The notes under the pieces: model-generated | The model's input: the letters and a program-made list of their open reading frames with translations, nothing else | What the model was told of the DNA's origin: nothing | The model's database searches: none | Made by a program: the position numbers and the translations under genes | DNA from: Acidimicrobiia bacterium | GTDB lineage: Bacteria; Actinomycetota; Acidimicrobiia; Spongiisociales; ZC4RG35 | DNA: 64,000 bases | Direction of reading: 5' to 3' | NCBI GenBank assembly: GCA_965215185.1 | Contig: OZ244034.1 | Location: forward strand, 1,184,001 to 1,248,000 | Part shown: positions 27,635 to 41,373 of the stretch, piece after piece | How the letters are laid out: each line of letters starts with the position of its first letter | How positions within the stretch are numbered: position 1 is the first letter of the stretch

Positions 27635-29310
27635 GCCCCGATCCAATCACCATCGAGATCCTGCGCAACGCCTTCATAATGGCAGCCGAAGAGATGAACG
27701 CCGCTTTGATCCGCTCCGCCTACACCCCGGTGATCTATGAATCCAAGGACTGTGCAGTGGCTCTGATCGACAGTCAGCATCGGGTGTTGGGGCAGTCCTC
27801 GGGAGTCCCTTTGTTCCTGGGAAATCTGGAAGCCTGCACCTTGGCCACAGAGGAGATGTTCGGCAGGTCGGTATGGGGGGAGGGCGACATTTGGATCATG
27901 AACGACCCTTATCTGACCGGCACTCACATGCACGACGTAACCGTGTTTGCTCCCATCTTCTACCGGGGAGACCTGGCGGGGTTCGCCGCCTCGCGTGCTC
28001 ATTGGCTGGATATCGGCGCCAAGGACCCGGGAGTTCCGATGGACGCCACCGAAATCTTTCAAGAGGGAGTCCGTTTGCCGCCCACTCAGGTCGTGCGCGG
28101 TGGGGAACCCGTGGCAGACATCGTTTCGATCATCGAAAGCAATGTGCGGTTCCCGAAGTCGGCGATCGGCGACATGAAGGCACAGTTCGCAGTGTCCGCC
28201 ATCGGATCCCACCGTCTCGGAGCGCTGTTCGACCGCTATGGGCGGGATACCGTGGAGGCAGCGGCCGAGGAGATTTTCCGTCAAAGCGAGAGGTTGGACC
28301 GAGAAGCCATCAGGGCTATCCCCGACGGTCTCTACGCTGCCGAAGGCTTCCTGGATTCGGATGGAGTGGGAGATGAACCAGTATGGATTCGGGTAAAGGT
28401 CGTTGTGGAGGGAGAACGGCTACTCTTCGATCTCACTGGTACCGACGGCCCGGGAAAGGGCCCGATCAACTGTGGTGCAGTACAGACATTGTCGGCCTGC
28501 CGCTTGGCCTTCAAATACCTGTTCAACTCCCATCAGGCCGTAAACGGCGGCACCTTCCGACCATTGGAGGTACGAACCCGGCCGGGGTCGATACTGGCAG
28601 CCCGCCCACCGGCGGCTTGTCAGTTCTATTTCACGCCCCTGGGGTTGATGATCGACCTGATCGCCTCTGCTCTCTCCCCCGTCCTTCCCAACACCGTCCC
28701 GGCCGCCCATTACGGGGACGGGATGGTATTCCAGTTCACCGGGATCAACCCCCGCACTAACGAATTATTCTTAGAAAACGAGCCGCATGTGGGAGGATGG
28801 GGAGCGTCGGTGGGCCGGGACGGTGAGGACGGGATGATCTGGACCCTGTCCGGAAATTTCCACGACATGCCCATCGAAGTTTTCGAATCCAAATTCCCCG
28901 CCCGGGTCACCAACTACGGTTTTCGTCAGGACTCGGCAGGTCCCGGCCGGTGGCGGGGAGGGAGTGGGATCATCAGGGTATATCAAATGACCACCGACAC
29001 CGAAGTGAGCTTATGGTTCGAACGTTCCGGCCACCCGGCCTGGGGGCTCTTTGGCGGCGAGGGCGGAGCGCCCCCGATGGTGATCACTAATCCTGACACC
29101 CCTCGGGAGGTGCGCCGGCTTAAGGCCAATCGGATGCCTCTATGTACAGGAGACATCGTGAGGTGTTACACCGGCGGTGGAGGTGGGTACGGCGATCCTC
29201 TCGACCGTGATCCCCAAGCGGTTCTCGCCGACTTGGCCGACGGCCACATCTCCCCCGAATACGCAGAGAGGCATCACCAGCTGAACGCTCAGGAGCCTTC
29301 CAGCAACTAG
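27631..29310 (+). CDS. Hydantoinase B/oxoprolinase-family subunit (fourth, divergent)
   Basis: IRSAYTPVIYESKD, NDPYLTGTHMHD, RAHWLD, DSAGPGRWRGG, GGGGYGDP; ATGA overlap with A subunit. Confidence 0.93.
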   Translation: MSPDPITIEILRNAFIMAAEEMNAALIRSAYTPVIYESKDCAVALIDSQHRVLGQSSGVPLFLGNLEACTLATEEMFGRSVWGEGDIWIMNDPYLTGTHMHDVTVFAPIFYRGDLAGFAASRAHWLDIGAKDPGVPMDATEIFQEGVRLPPTQVVRGGEPVADIVSIIESNVRFPKSAIGDMKAQFAVSAIGSHRLGALFDRYGRDTVEAAAEEIFRQSERLDREAIRAIPDGLYAAEGFLDSDGVGDEPVWIRVKVVVEGERLLFDLTGTDGPGKGPINCGAVQTLSACRLAFKYLFNSHQAVNGGTFRPLEVRTRPGSILAARPPAACQFYFTPLGLMIDLIASALSPVLPNTVPAAHYGDGMVFQFTGINPRTNELFLENEPHVGGWGASVGRDGEDGMIWTLSGNFHDMPIEVFESKFPARVTNYGFRQDSAGPGRWRGGSGIIRVYQMTTDTEVSLWFERSGHPAWGLFGGEGGAPPMVITNPDTPREVRRLKANRMPLCTGDIVRCYTGGGGGYGDPLDRDPQAVLADLADGHISPEYAERHHQLNAQEPSSN

Positions 29311-29432
29311 CCCGCGTCACGCGATGGGGCAGCATCAGGCCCGTGGGACAGGTGGCTGGGTATTCTGAGGTAGTTTGAGCGATGGTCAAAACTGGCGCGG
29401 CTCAAGAGCTCAGCCGGGCGTGGTAAGCAAAG

Positions 29433-29484
29433 TGATCTGCGTCGTTTGAGTTTTTCCTAGTTCAGACTCAAACGACGCAGATCA
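29433..29484. terminator. 19-bp perfect inverted repeat between convergent genes
   Basis: TGATCTGCGTCGTTTGAGT (29433-29451) / ACTCAAACGACGCAGATCA (29466-29484). Confidence 0.8.
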
Positions 29485-31389
29485 AGTATCGTCCTTATTC
29501 TTCCGGGGTCTCGGGAGCCTCTTCGGAGTCTCGGGAGCCTCTTCCGGGGTCTCCTCCGGAGGGTTGTCCAAGAGCGACTTCACCCATTCCATTAGACCTT
29601 GGAGAGTTGTATTGGGAAACCCGGTTTCTATATCGAGGGGCACACCGCTATCCCCTATGTCGATCCCACCGGGGGTCGTCCATTTGATAGTGGTCAGTCT
29701 GAAGACCCCTTCATTGGAAAGATCGAACAAACTCTGCCCTGTGTTCTTCTTGTAGGTCGTCTCCCCAACTACCACCGCCCGGCCAGTCTCCTGCAGTACG
29801 CCAGCCAGCACTTCGGAGGCCGACGCGGAGTTGCCATTGACCAAAATCGCGATGCGGGGAGTCTCCACCCCCACCAGGGGTGAGCCTTCGCCGTCCACGT
29901 CATAAGAAGATTCCAGAGTGTGGAAGGTCATCACCGGAACCTCGCCCAGGAAAGCCCCAGCAATACCCTGCAGAACCCTCACCGACCCTCCTCCATTGTT
30001 GCGCAGGTCCAGAACAATCAGTTCCGAATCCATAGCATCGGTCAATCTCTCTCGGAAATCCTCCACCGCCCCGCCAGGAAATGAACTAAAGCTGGTCAAA
30101 TGAATGTAGGCAATCGATTCTGAGTTGTGGAAGTCCGCGCTCGTGTATGGCACCACTATCTCTTGGCGGGTCAAAGTGAGCACATGCTCCTGACTACTCC
30201 GTTCAATGGTGATGTCCACCTGGGTGTCCACTTCGCCCCGGATCAATCCTGCAGCTTGTCCAAGGGTCAGATCGTGGAGACGTTCGCCATCTACGGCAAC
30301 TATGAAGTCTCCCCGTTGTATGCCGGCGTTGTATGCCGGTCCCCCCTCGAAAACAGTTATGACGAAGATCCGGCAAGTGTCAGACAGCGGTGAACAAGAT
30401 GGTTGCCATTGATCATTTACAGTGACCACTCTCACCCCGATACCCACGTACCGCCCTGATTCTTCGATCATTGCCCACTCTTCTGGATCGTGATAAGCGC
30501 TGTTGGGGTCCAATGCCTTGACCACTTCCCGCACTGCCGACTCCGCCACCTCATACAGCGAAGGGCCGGCATCTTCCGATGCCCAGGCACAGACCGGCTC
30601 AAACAATGGGTCGGGTATTGAACAGTCGAAGCGTGAACGCTTCGACGCCGATTCATCCAACTGCTCCGCGGCCAACATGGCCACTTCACTGATCGGCGCG
30701 GCCAGTTCCTCATCGGTGACCCCCAGGACGTACTCCGTGTCGATCAACTCATAGACATCACACAGCAGCCACCACTGATTGGGATCCTCACAATCGGAAA
30801 CCACATAAGGGACCGCCAAAGCCCTGGCAATGAAGGTCTCCGCCTGCCATACGGTGAGATCACTTTCGCCGCAGAACTGCAACGGCTTAGCGGAACACCC
30901 CACCGTGACCCCCTCGGCGTACAAACTGTGCACTGCATCTGCATAGGGCGCGTCCTCGGGAACATCCGTAAAGGGCGCCAGATCCGGTTCGACCGCTTTA
31001 AGGAAAAACGCCCTATCTATCCAGATTGCGAACTCGCCGCGAGAAATCGCCTCGTCCGGTCGGAAGGATCCATCCTGGAATCCGGGAGCCACCCCCGCCA
31101 AGGCCAACGCTTCAATGGTCCCCGCCATTTCGGTACTCTCCCCCACATCCGAGAACAATCCCTGCCAAGTCTGGTCCGAAAGATCCAATGCTTCGGCCAA
31201 CAACACCGCCGCTGCCCGGTTGGTCAACATCCGACCCGAATCTTCAACGGTAGTGACGGTGGGCGTCGCTGCATTGTCCGCAAGGGTGGGCGATGCTTGG
31301 GCAAGGACCGGACCTGAGGTCAACAGTCCCAAAGCCAAAACGGCGATCAAAAGCCGTCGGCTGTTTAGGCGGGGTTTAAGGTAATCCAT
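29482..31389 (-). CDS. S41 carboxy-terminal protease with N-terminal SLH domains and PDZ domain
   Basis: Signal peptide; SLH motifs GSFRPDEAISRGEFA, FTDV; YVGIG/PAYNAGI PDZ; LDLRNNGGG, SASASE, TYKK. Confidence 0.88.
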   Translation of the reverse strand: MDYLKPRLNSRRLLIAVLALGLLTSGPVLAQASPTLADNAATPTVTTVEDSGRMLTNRAAAVLLAEALDLSDQTWQGLFSDVGESTEMAGTIEALALAGVAPGFQDGSFRPDEAISRGEFAIWIDRAFFLKAVEPDLAPFTDVPEDAPYADAVHSLYAEGVTVGCSAKPLQFCGESDLTVWQAETFIARALAVPYVVSDCEDPNQWWLLCDVYELIDTEYVLGVTDEELAAPISEVAMLAAEQLDESASKRSRFDCSIPDPLFEPVCAWASEDAGPSLYEVAESAVREVVKALDPNSAYHDPEEWAMIEESGRYVGIGVRVVTVNDQWQPSCSPLSDTCRIFVITVFEGGPAYNAGIQRGDFIVAVDGERLHDLTLGQAAGLIRGEVDTQVDITIERSSQEHVLTLTRQEIVVPYTSADFHNSESIAYIHLTSFSSFPGGAVEDFRERLTDAMDSELIVLDLRNNGGGSVRVLQGIAGAFLGEVPVMTFHTLESSYDVDGEGSPLVGVETPRIAILVNGNSASASEVLAGVLQETGRAVVVGETTYKKNTGQSLFDLSNEGVFRLTTIKWTTPGGIDIGDSGVPLDIETGFPNTTLQGLMEWVKSLLDNPPEETPEEAPETPKRLPRPRKNKDDT

Positions 31390-31421
31390 TCGCCCCCAGT
31401 TTAATACCTTGAAAAAGGTTG

Positions 31422-31538
31422 TCCGGCAGTGACCTACTCTCCCGGGGTTTTGCAACCCAAGTACCATCGGCGCTGTCAGGTTTCACTTCCGTGTTCGGAA
31501 TGGGAACGGGTGGTTCCCCAACGCTATCGCCACCGGAC
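31422..31538 (-). rRNA. rrf: 5S rRNA
   Basis: Reverse complement has ACCCGTTCCCATTCCGAACACGGAAGTGAA and GATGGTACT...GGGAGAGTAGGTC; terminal helix TCCGG/CCGGA. Confidence 0.95.
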
Positions 31539-31576
31539 AACCAAACTCACAACAAGCAAATCATCTGGGATTCTCT

Positions 31577-34635
<3,059 letters not shown>

Positions 34636-34665
34636 AGAGAATCCAAGACAATTTGCTTGTTATGA

Positions 34666-34679
34666 AACTTTCAAGGTGC
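34666..34679 (-). promoter_or_regulatory. BoxA-like antitermination element in the 16S-23S spacer (no spacer tRNA)
   Basis: GCACCTTGAAAGTT just upstream of the 23S processing stem. Confidence 0.5.
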
Positions 34680-34801
34680 CTATGAGGTGACCCGCCCCAA
34701 GAAATGGGGCACGGGCTCCCTCACAGCTGAATAGTGTGCCCGAACCACGTAAAGTGGCCCGAGTAACCGGTGACCAAGTGAGAGCATTTTTATTGCTCCT
34801 T

Positions 34802-36318
<1,517 letters not shown>

Positions 36319-36490
36319 ACACTTTTGGGAGCGGGTTGCCCCGCTCGGTTTGTGTCATTATTTTGAGTTCGCATCCTTGTTAAGGGGTCCCGGGCCACCT
36401 TGTGGCCCGAGCTCTTCGTTTGGATGCCACCGACTCGGCTCCGCAGGCTAAAATAGCTTGTGGAATCCGTGCCGGCGCATACCGGCTTTT

Positions 36491-36516
36491 GGCACACTAT
36501 TCAGTTGTCAAGAAGC
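36491..36516 (-). promoter_or_regulatory. rrn leader BoxA and 16S processing-stem arm
   Basis: GCTTCTTGACAACTGA BoxA-like; 36491-36508 complementary to 34723-34740 with one mismatch. Confidence 0.7.
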
Positions 36517-36549
36517 CCGCAGGGGTCTCCCGAGTGATCGGGCTTTCGA

Positions 36550-36579
36550 ATCTTATACACGCTCAGTGAGAAAGTGCAA
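36550..36579 (-). promoter_or_regulatory. Putative rrn sigma-70-type promoter
   Basis: TTGCAC-N18-TAAGAT immediately after the tyrS stop. Confidence 0.6.
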
Positions 36580-36580
36580 A

Positions 36581-37771
36581 TCAGTTTCGAAGGGAGATCG
36601 ATTTGCGTTTCCCCACGGCTAATACCTTCCCCAATAGTCGCTTCCGCTCCATCTCATATTCCGCCACCGGGGTCCCATCCACCCTCACTGCGCCCGCATC
36701 TATGAGGCGACGAGCCTGGCTCGCCGAAGTGACCAACTCCGCGGAACGCATGAGTCCCGGCAGGTAAACCGGGTCGCCGGCGGGGAGCGAAAATGCAGGA
36801 CCATCTTGGGGAACTTCCCGGTACTTGAACTTCCGATCGAATTCAGCCTCGGCGCCGTCTGCCTCCTCCTCCCCCCAGTACAGAGCGACGATCCGCCGAG
36901 CCAAGAGCCGCTTAGCCTGTCCGGGGTGCAGGTCCCCTCCGGTGATCTGCACCATGATCCGGTCTATCTCTTCGGCTGGTCGGTCGGCCGCCAACCGGAA
37001 CCACTCCCCCAGCAGGTGGTCAGGGATGGACATGGTCTTGCCGAACATCTCAGAAGCCGGTTCGTTGACTCCGATGTAGTTGCCCAGCGACTGGGACATC
37101 TTCTTGCGGCCGTCGGTACCGGTCAGCAGCGGCATGGTTAAGACAACTTGTGGCTCTTGGCCGTATCGGGTCTGGATTATTCGACCCATCATCAGGTTCC
37201 ATAATTGATCAGACCCACCCAACTCCACATCGGCTCTGGTCGCCACCGAGTCGTAACCCTGGAGCAGCGGATACAAAAACTCCATGATCGAGATGGGCGT
37301 TCTTTCCGCGTAGCGATTGGCAAAGTCAGACCGCTCCAACATCTGAGCCACCGTCACAGTGGAGGTGAGTTCCAGGATTTCAGTCATGTCCAAAGATTCC
37401 AGCCACTCGGAATTCCAGCGGATTTCCAGCGGTTCCGGCAGCAGCACCCGACGGAACTGATCCAAGAGGGGCTCGGCGTATGACCGCACCTCATCAGCAG
37501 TCAGCCGAAGCCGAGTTTGGCTCTTTCCGCTGGGGTCTCCCACGCGGGCGGTGAAGTCGCCCACAATCAGGACAGCAGTGTGGCCCAACTCCTGGAAGTG
37601 GCGGAGCTTGCGTAGCACCACCGCCCAACCCAACGTGACCATCGGAGCGGTGGGGTCGAGTCCGAGCTTGACACGAAGAGGACGACCGCCCTCCAAGAGT
37701 TCCTCCAGGCGTCCGGGGGGCAAAATGGTGTCGGCGCCGCGCGCCGCCAGTGTTATGTCACGAGTCGTCAT
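36581..37771 (-). CDS. tyrS: Tyrosine--tRNA ligase
   Basis: VKLGLDPTAP, GDPSGKS, YPLLQGYD, GGSDQ, KMSQS, C-terminal S4 domain. Confidence 0.96.
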   Translation of the reverse strand: MTTRDITLAARGADTILPPGRLEELLEGGRPLRVKLGLDPTAPMVTLGWAVVLRKLRHFQELGHTAVLIVGDFTARVGDPSGKSQTRLRLTADEVRSYAEPLLDQFRRVLLPEPLEIRWNSEWLESLDMTEILELTSTVTVAQMLERSDFANRYAERTPISIMEFLYPLLQGYDSVATRADVELGGSDQLWNLMMGRIIQTRYGQEPQVVLTMPLLTGTDGRKKMSQSLGNYIGVNEPASEMFGKTMSIPDHLLGEWFRLAADRPAEEIDRIMVQITGGDLHPGQAKRLLARRIVALYWGEEEADGAEAEFDRKFKYREVPQDGPAFSLPAGDPVYLPGLMRSAELVTSASQARRLIDAGAVRVDGTPVAEYEMERKRLLGKVLAVGKRKSISLRN

Positions 37772-37806
37772 GGTTAATCTGGAAATCTAACGGAGGCAAG
37801 AGCCAG

Positions 37807-38195
37807 GCCATAACACAGGTGGTTGAGAGCATCACCATCAAAGCTCCACCCGTGACGGTGTGGGAGGCCCTGACCGACTTGGAAGGGCGAGTGCGGTGGA
37901 ACGACCGCCTTCTGGAGATGTCCGTGATAAATGGAGACGATTTGGCCATCGACAGCCAGATGCGGATTAGAGTGGACAGGAGCAAGGTCAAAGTAAACGT
38001 CACGCAGTTCGACCCTCCCGCCATCATGGTGATCGGCGCCACAAATCCGGTTATGACCTTCTCTCACGCCTACCGAATCAACGCGGTGTCGGCGGGTTTC
38101 ACCGTACTCTCCCTGACCGGCTCCCTTGGTGGGATTCTGGGAGTGGTTATGGGCGCCCTCACCAAATAGCGTATGAGAAGTGATCTGGTTGCCCG
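37807..38195 (+). pseudogene. SRPBCC/START-fold protein, probably damaged
   Basis: ESITIKAPPVTVWEALTD..W motif; no good start after GGAGG (37792-37796); TAG at 38167-38169 followed in frame by RMRSDL helix-like text. Confidence 0.55.
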
Positions 38196-38204
38196 CAGGC
38201 GTCA

Positions 38205-38500
38205 ACGTCAGGCCGTTGCTCTGCGGCTCGTACCAGCCGTTTGATCAACTGGCGCCAAATGATCATATGGGGAGCCAGGAAGGCCCACCAGTACAGGCGT
38301 CCGACGATGCCGCGGGGTGGAATCTGGCTCGCTGGCCAAGCGTCGTCGTGCCGTTGGTTGACCGGTCCAGTGAGACTCGCCATTCCAGCCACGCCTGGCC
38401 CCGGCAACTTCATCCCCGCCCGCAGGCGCAGCAGCCGCAAACAAAACCCTGTTCCGGTTGCCCTCCTCCATCGCCGAAGTCCGTCCCCGAAGGCTGTTCC
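38205..38500 (-). pseudogene. Remnant of a DUF2867/YbjT-like C-terminal domain
   Basis: RLLRLRAGMKLPG and PRGIVGRLYWWAFLAPHMIIW motifs separated by scrambled sequence; N-terminal domain absent. Confidence 0.6.
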
Positions 38501-38534
38501 GGAGGCACCATTAATGTCGTTAACCTTGGGGGCT

Positions 38535-40151
38535 ATGCCACACATGATGGACGACTTCCAACTGCTTCTCTCCACCCTGTACGACCGGGCCGTACGCCTC
38601 TTTCCCGACCAGCAGATCGTGTCAATCGAATCGGACCGGTCCCTGACTCGCGCCACCTACCGGGAAACCGATGAGAGGGTCCGGCGCCTGGCTACTGCCC
38701 TGGACAAGAAACTAGGGGTGACCCAAGGCCAGGCCGTCGGCACTTTCGCTTGGAACAACCGGCGGCACCATGAGATCTACTGGGCCACCGCCAACACCGG
38801 CCGGATTTGCCATACCCTCAACATCCGGCTGTTCGCCGACCAACTGGTTTACATAATCAATCACGGGGAAGATCAAGTGATCTTCGTCGATCCTGATCTG
38901 GTCGGACTGCTGGCGCCGCTCATCAGCCAACTCAAGACAGTGCATGCCTATGTCGTAATGGGTGATGATGCTTCCGGCTCGGGGCTCCCCAATGCCATCT
39001 CATACGAAGAACTGATCGCAGATGTGGAACCCCACGGCGCTTGGCCGGAGCTTTCGGAGCGGTCACCGCTCATGTACTGCTATACCTCCGGCACCACGGG
39101 GGACCCTAAAGGGGTCGCATACACGCAGCGTTCCACTTATTTGCATGTAATCTCCAATCTGGCCACCGTACATATGGGCCCCGATGACAACGTGATGCCG
39201 ATCGTGCCCATGTTCCACGCCTCCGCTTGGGGGTACCCGTTCATGGCCACCACCCAGGGCGCCAGGTTGACCTATCCAGGACCCGACCTGAGCGCCGATG
39301 CCTTGATCCCGTTGATCGAGTCGGAACAGGTCACCTTCTCCGCCGGAGTCCCCACCGTGATGCTGGGCATGAAACATTACCTGGAAAGTCATCCCGAGGC
39401 GGATATCTCCTCACTCCGTGCGTTTCTGTGCGGCGGGTCGGCTGTGCCCCGTTCCCTCATCGAGTGGTTCTGGAAGGCCCGCGGGGTGCGGATCCTGCAG
39501 GGCTGGGGCATGACTGAGACCAACCCCGTGGCCAGTGTGGCCCTTCTGAAGCCACACATGATGGAGTGGGATTTCGAACGTCAGCTCGACGTCATGGAAA
39601 CCGCCGGCTTACCCACCGCCGGTCTGCAGATCAAGATTGTGGACGATGAAGGCAACCAACTTCCCGAGGATGGGGAGGCCTTTGGCGAGCTTTTGATCCG
39701 CGGACCCTGGGTAGCCGCCGAGTATTACAAAGATCCTCGCACCCCACAGTCCTTCCAGGACGGATGGCTGCGCACCGGAGACGTCTGCAAGATAACTCCC
39801 GAAGGGTATGTCCGTATCACCGACCGGGCCAAGGACTTGATCAAGTCGGGCGGGGAATGGATCTCCTCGGTCGATCTGGAAAACCAACTCATGGCGCATC
39901 CCCAAGTGGCCGAGGCTGCGGTGGTGGGCGCCCGGCACGACAAGTGGCAGGAGCGACCGGTGGCGCTGGTGGTCCGCAAAGAAGGCTCGACGGTAACCGA
40001 GGAGGAGGTGCTGGAGTTCCTGCGACCGCATGTGGTGGGTTGGTGGCTCCCTGATCGGGTGATCTTCATCGACGCCATTCCCAAGACCGGAACCGGCAAA
40101 TTTGACAAGAAGGTATTGCGCGACCGCCATTGGGAAGTGCTGTCGGAGTGA
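38535..40151 (+). CDS. Long/medium-chain fatty-acid--CoA ligase
   Basis: YTSGTTGDPKG, QGWGMTE, WLRTGD, DRAKDLIKSGGEWISS, GKFDKK; start 38535 or 38544. Confidence 0.93.
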   Translation: MPHMMDDFQLLLSTLYDRAVRLFPDQQIVSIESDRSLTRATYRETDERVRRLATALDKKLGVTQGQAVGTFAWNNRRHHEIYWATANTGRICHTLNIRLFADQLVYIINHGEDQVIFVDPDLVGLLAPLISQLKTVHAYVVMGDDASGSGLPNAISYEELIADVEPHGAWPELSERSPLMYCYTSGTTGDPKGVAYTQRSTYLHVISNLATVHMGPDDNVMPIVPMFHASAWGYPFMATTQGARLTYPGPDLSADALIPLIESEQVTFSAGVPTVMLGMKHYLESHPEADISSLRAFLCGGSAVPRSLIEWFWKARGVRILQGWGMTETNPVASVALLKPHMMEWDFERQLDVMETAGLPTAGLQIKIVDDEGNQLPEDGEAFGELLIRGPWVAAEYYKDPRTPQSFQDGWLRTGDVCKITPEGYVRITDRAKDLIKSGGEWISSVDLENQLMAHPQVAEAAVVGARHDKWQERPVALVVRKEGSTVTEEEVLEFLRPHVVGWWLPDRVIFIDAIPKTGTGKFDKKVLRDRHWEVLSE

Positions 40152-40157
40152 CAATCG

Positions 40158-40535
40158 GTGTCTGCTCTAGTCCAATTGCACGTCTCGCTCGGTTGGTGGG
40201 CGGCCGGCTTCACCGGCCTGGTGGGATTGTGGGGACTGACTCTGGCCATCGTCCGCCGCCCACCTGGCCGGCTCTTCAACCAGGCGGTGGGTGTGGCGGT
40301 GATCGTTATGACCGCCCAAGTGGGGCTCGGTTTGGTGGCTCTCAATCTGACCACCACCCGCCTGCCCGGCAGCCAGCACATTTTCTATGGGGTGCTGGTG
40401 CTCTTCACCTTTGCCTTCGCCTACATCTATCGGGGAACATTCCGGCGTCGGCCCGCTCTGTACATTGGACTATTGCTTTTGTTCGTGATGGGACTGGGCA
40501 TCCGGGGAATCTCCACTTTCGGAGGTTCATTCTGA
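40158..40535 (+). CDS. Small four-helix membrane protein, unknown function
   Basis: Four hydrophobic segments, HIFYG motif, operon-like spacing. Confidence 0.7.
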   Translation: MSALVQLHVSLGWWAAGFTGLVGLWGLTLAIVRRPPGRLFNQAVGVAVIVMTAQVGLGLVALNLTTTRLPGSQHIFYGVLVLFTFAFAYIYRGTFRRRPALYIGLLLLFVMGLGIRGISTFGGSF

Positions 40536-40548
40536 GACATTTGGAGGT

Positions 40549-41373
40549 GTGACCATGCTTCTGGAAGGCAAACGACTGCTCATTACCGGAGTGCTCACCT
40601 CCGATTCCATCGCCTGGCATGTGGCTCGGATAGCCCAGGAGCAGGGTGCGGAGATCGTTGCCACCGGCTTCGGGAGGGGCATGAGAATCACCCAACGCTC
40701 AGTCAGGCGGCTCCCCCGCGCCTGCCCGGTGTATGAACTCGACATCAACGAACCATCCCATCTGGAAGCGCTTCGAGAAGAATTGGAGGCTCGGTGGGGA
40801 GCTGTGGATGGGGCCCTGCATGCCATCGCCTTCGCTCCGGCCGATGCTTTGGGTGGAAACTTTTTGACCGCTCCTGCCGAAAGCGCTGGGATTGCGTTTC
40901 AAACCTCCGCCTTCTCGTACAAGGCCCTGGCGGTGGGCCTGCTCCCTCTGCTCCAAGCCGCGGGAAGAGGATCGTTGGTCACTCTCGATTTCGACAACTC
41001 CCAGGCTTGGCCTTCTTATGACTGGATGGGAGTGGCCAAAGCGGCACTGGAGGCGGTCACCAGGTATCTGGCCCGCGATCTGGGGCCTTACCGAGTGCGG
41101 GTCAACGCTGTCTCCGCCGGACCGCTGGGCACGGTGGCGGCCAAGTCGATCCCCGGATTCTCGCTGTTCCAGGAGGTTTGGAACGACCGTTCCCCCCTCC
41201 GTTGGGACACAGCCGATCCCGATCCGGTGGCCCGGATGGTGTGTCTGCTGCTCTCCGACTGGACTCCTATGACCACCGGCGAGATTATCCATGTCGACGG
41301 GGGTTTCCATGCGGTGGCCGTGGGCGCCGCAAAGCCGTCTATCGAACCCGGAGCAGACGGGGAGCCCGAGTGA
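40549..41373 (+). CDS. fabI: Enoyl-ACP reductase (InhA type)
   Basis: LLEGKRLLITG..SIA, HAIAFAP, YDWMGVAKAALE, VSAGP, TTGEIIHVDGG. Confidence 0.93.
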   Translation: MTMLLEGKRLLITGVLTSDSIAWHVARIAQEQGAEIVATGFGRGMRITQRSVRRLPRACPVYELDINEPSHLEALREELEARWGAVDGALHAIAFAPADALGGNFLTAPAESAGIAFQTSAFSYKALAVGLLPLLQAAGRGSLVTLDFDNSQAWPSYDWMGVAKAALEAVTRYLARDLGPYRVRVNAVSAGPLGTVAAKSIPGFSLFQEVWNDRSPLRWDTADPDPVARMVCLLLSDWTPMTTGEIIHVDGGFHAVAVGAAKPSIEPGADGEPE

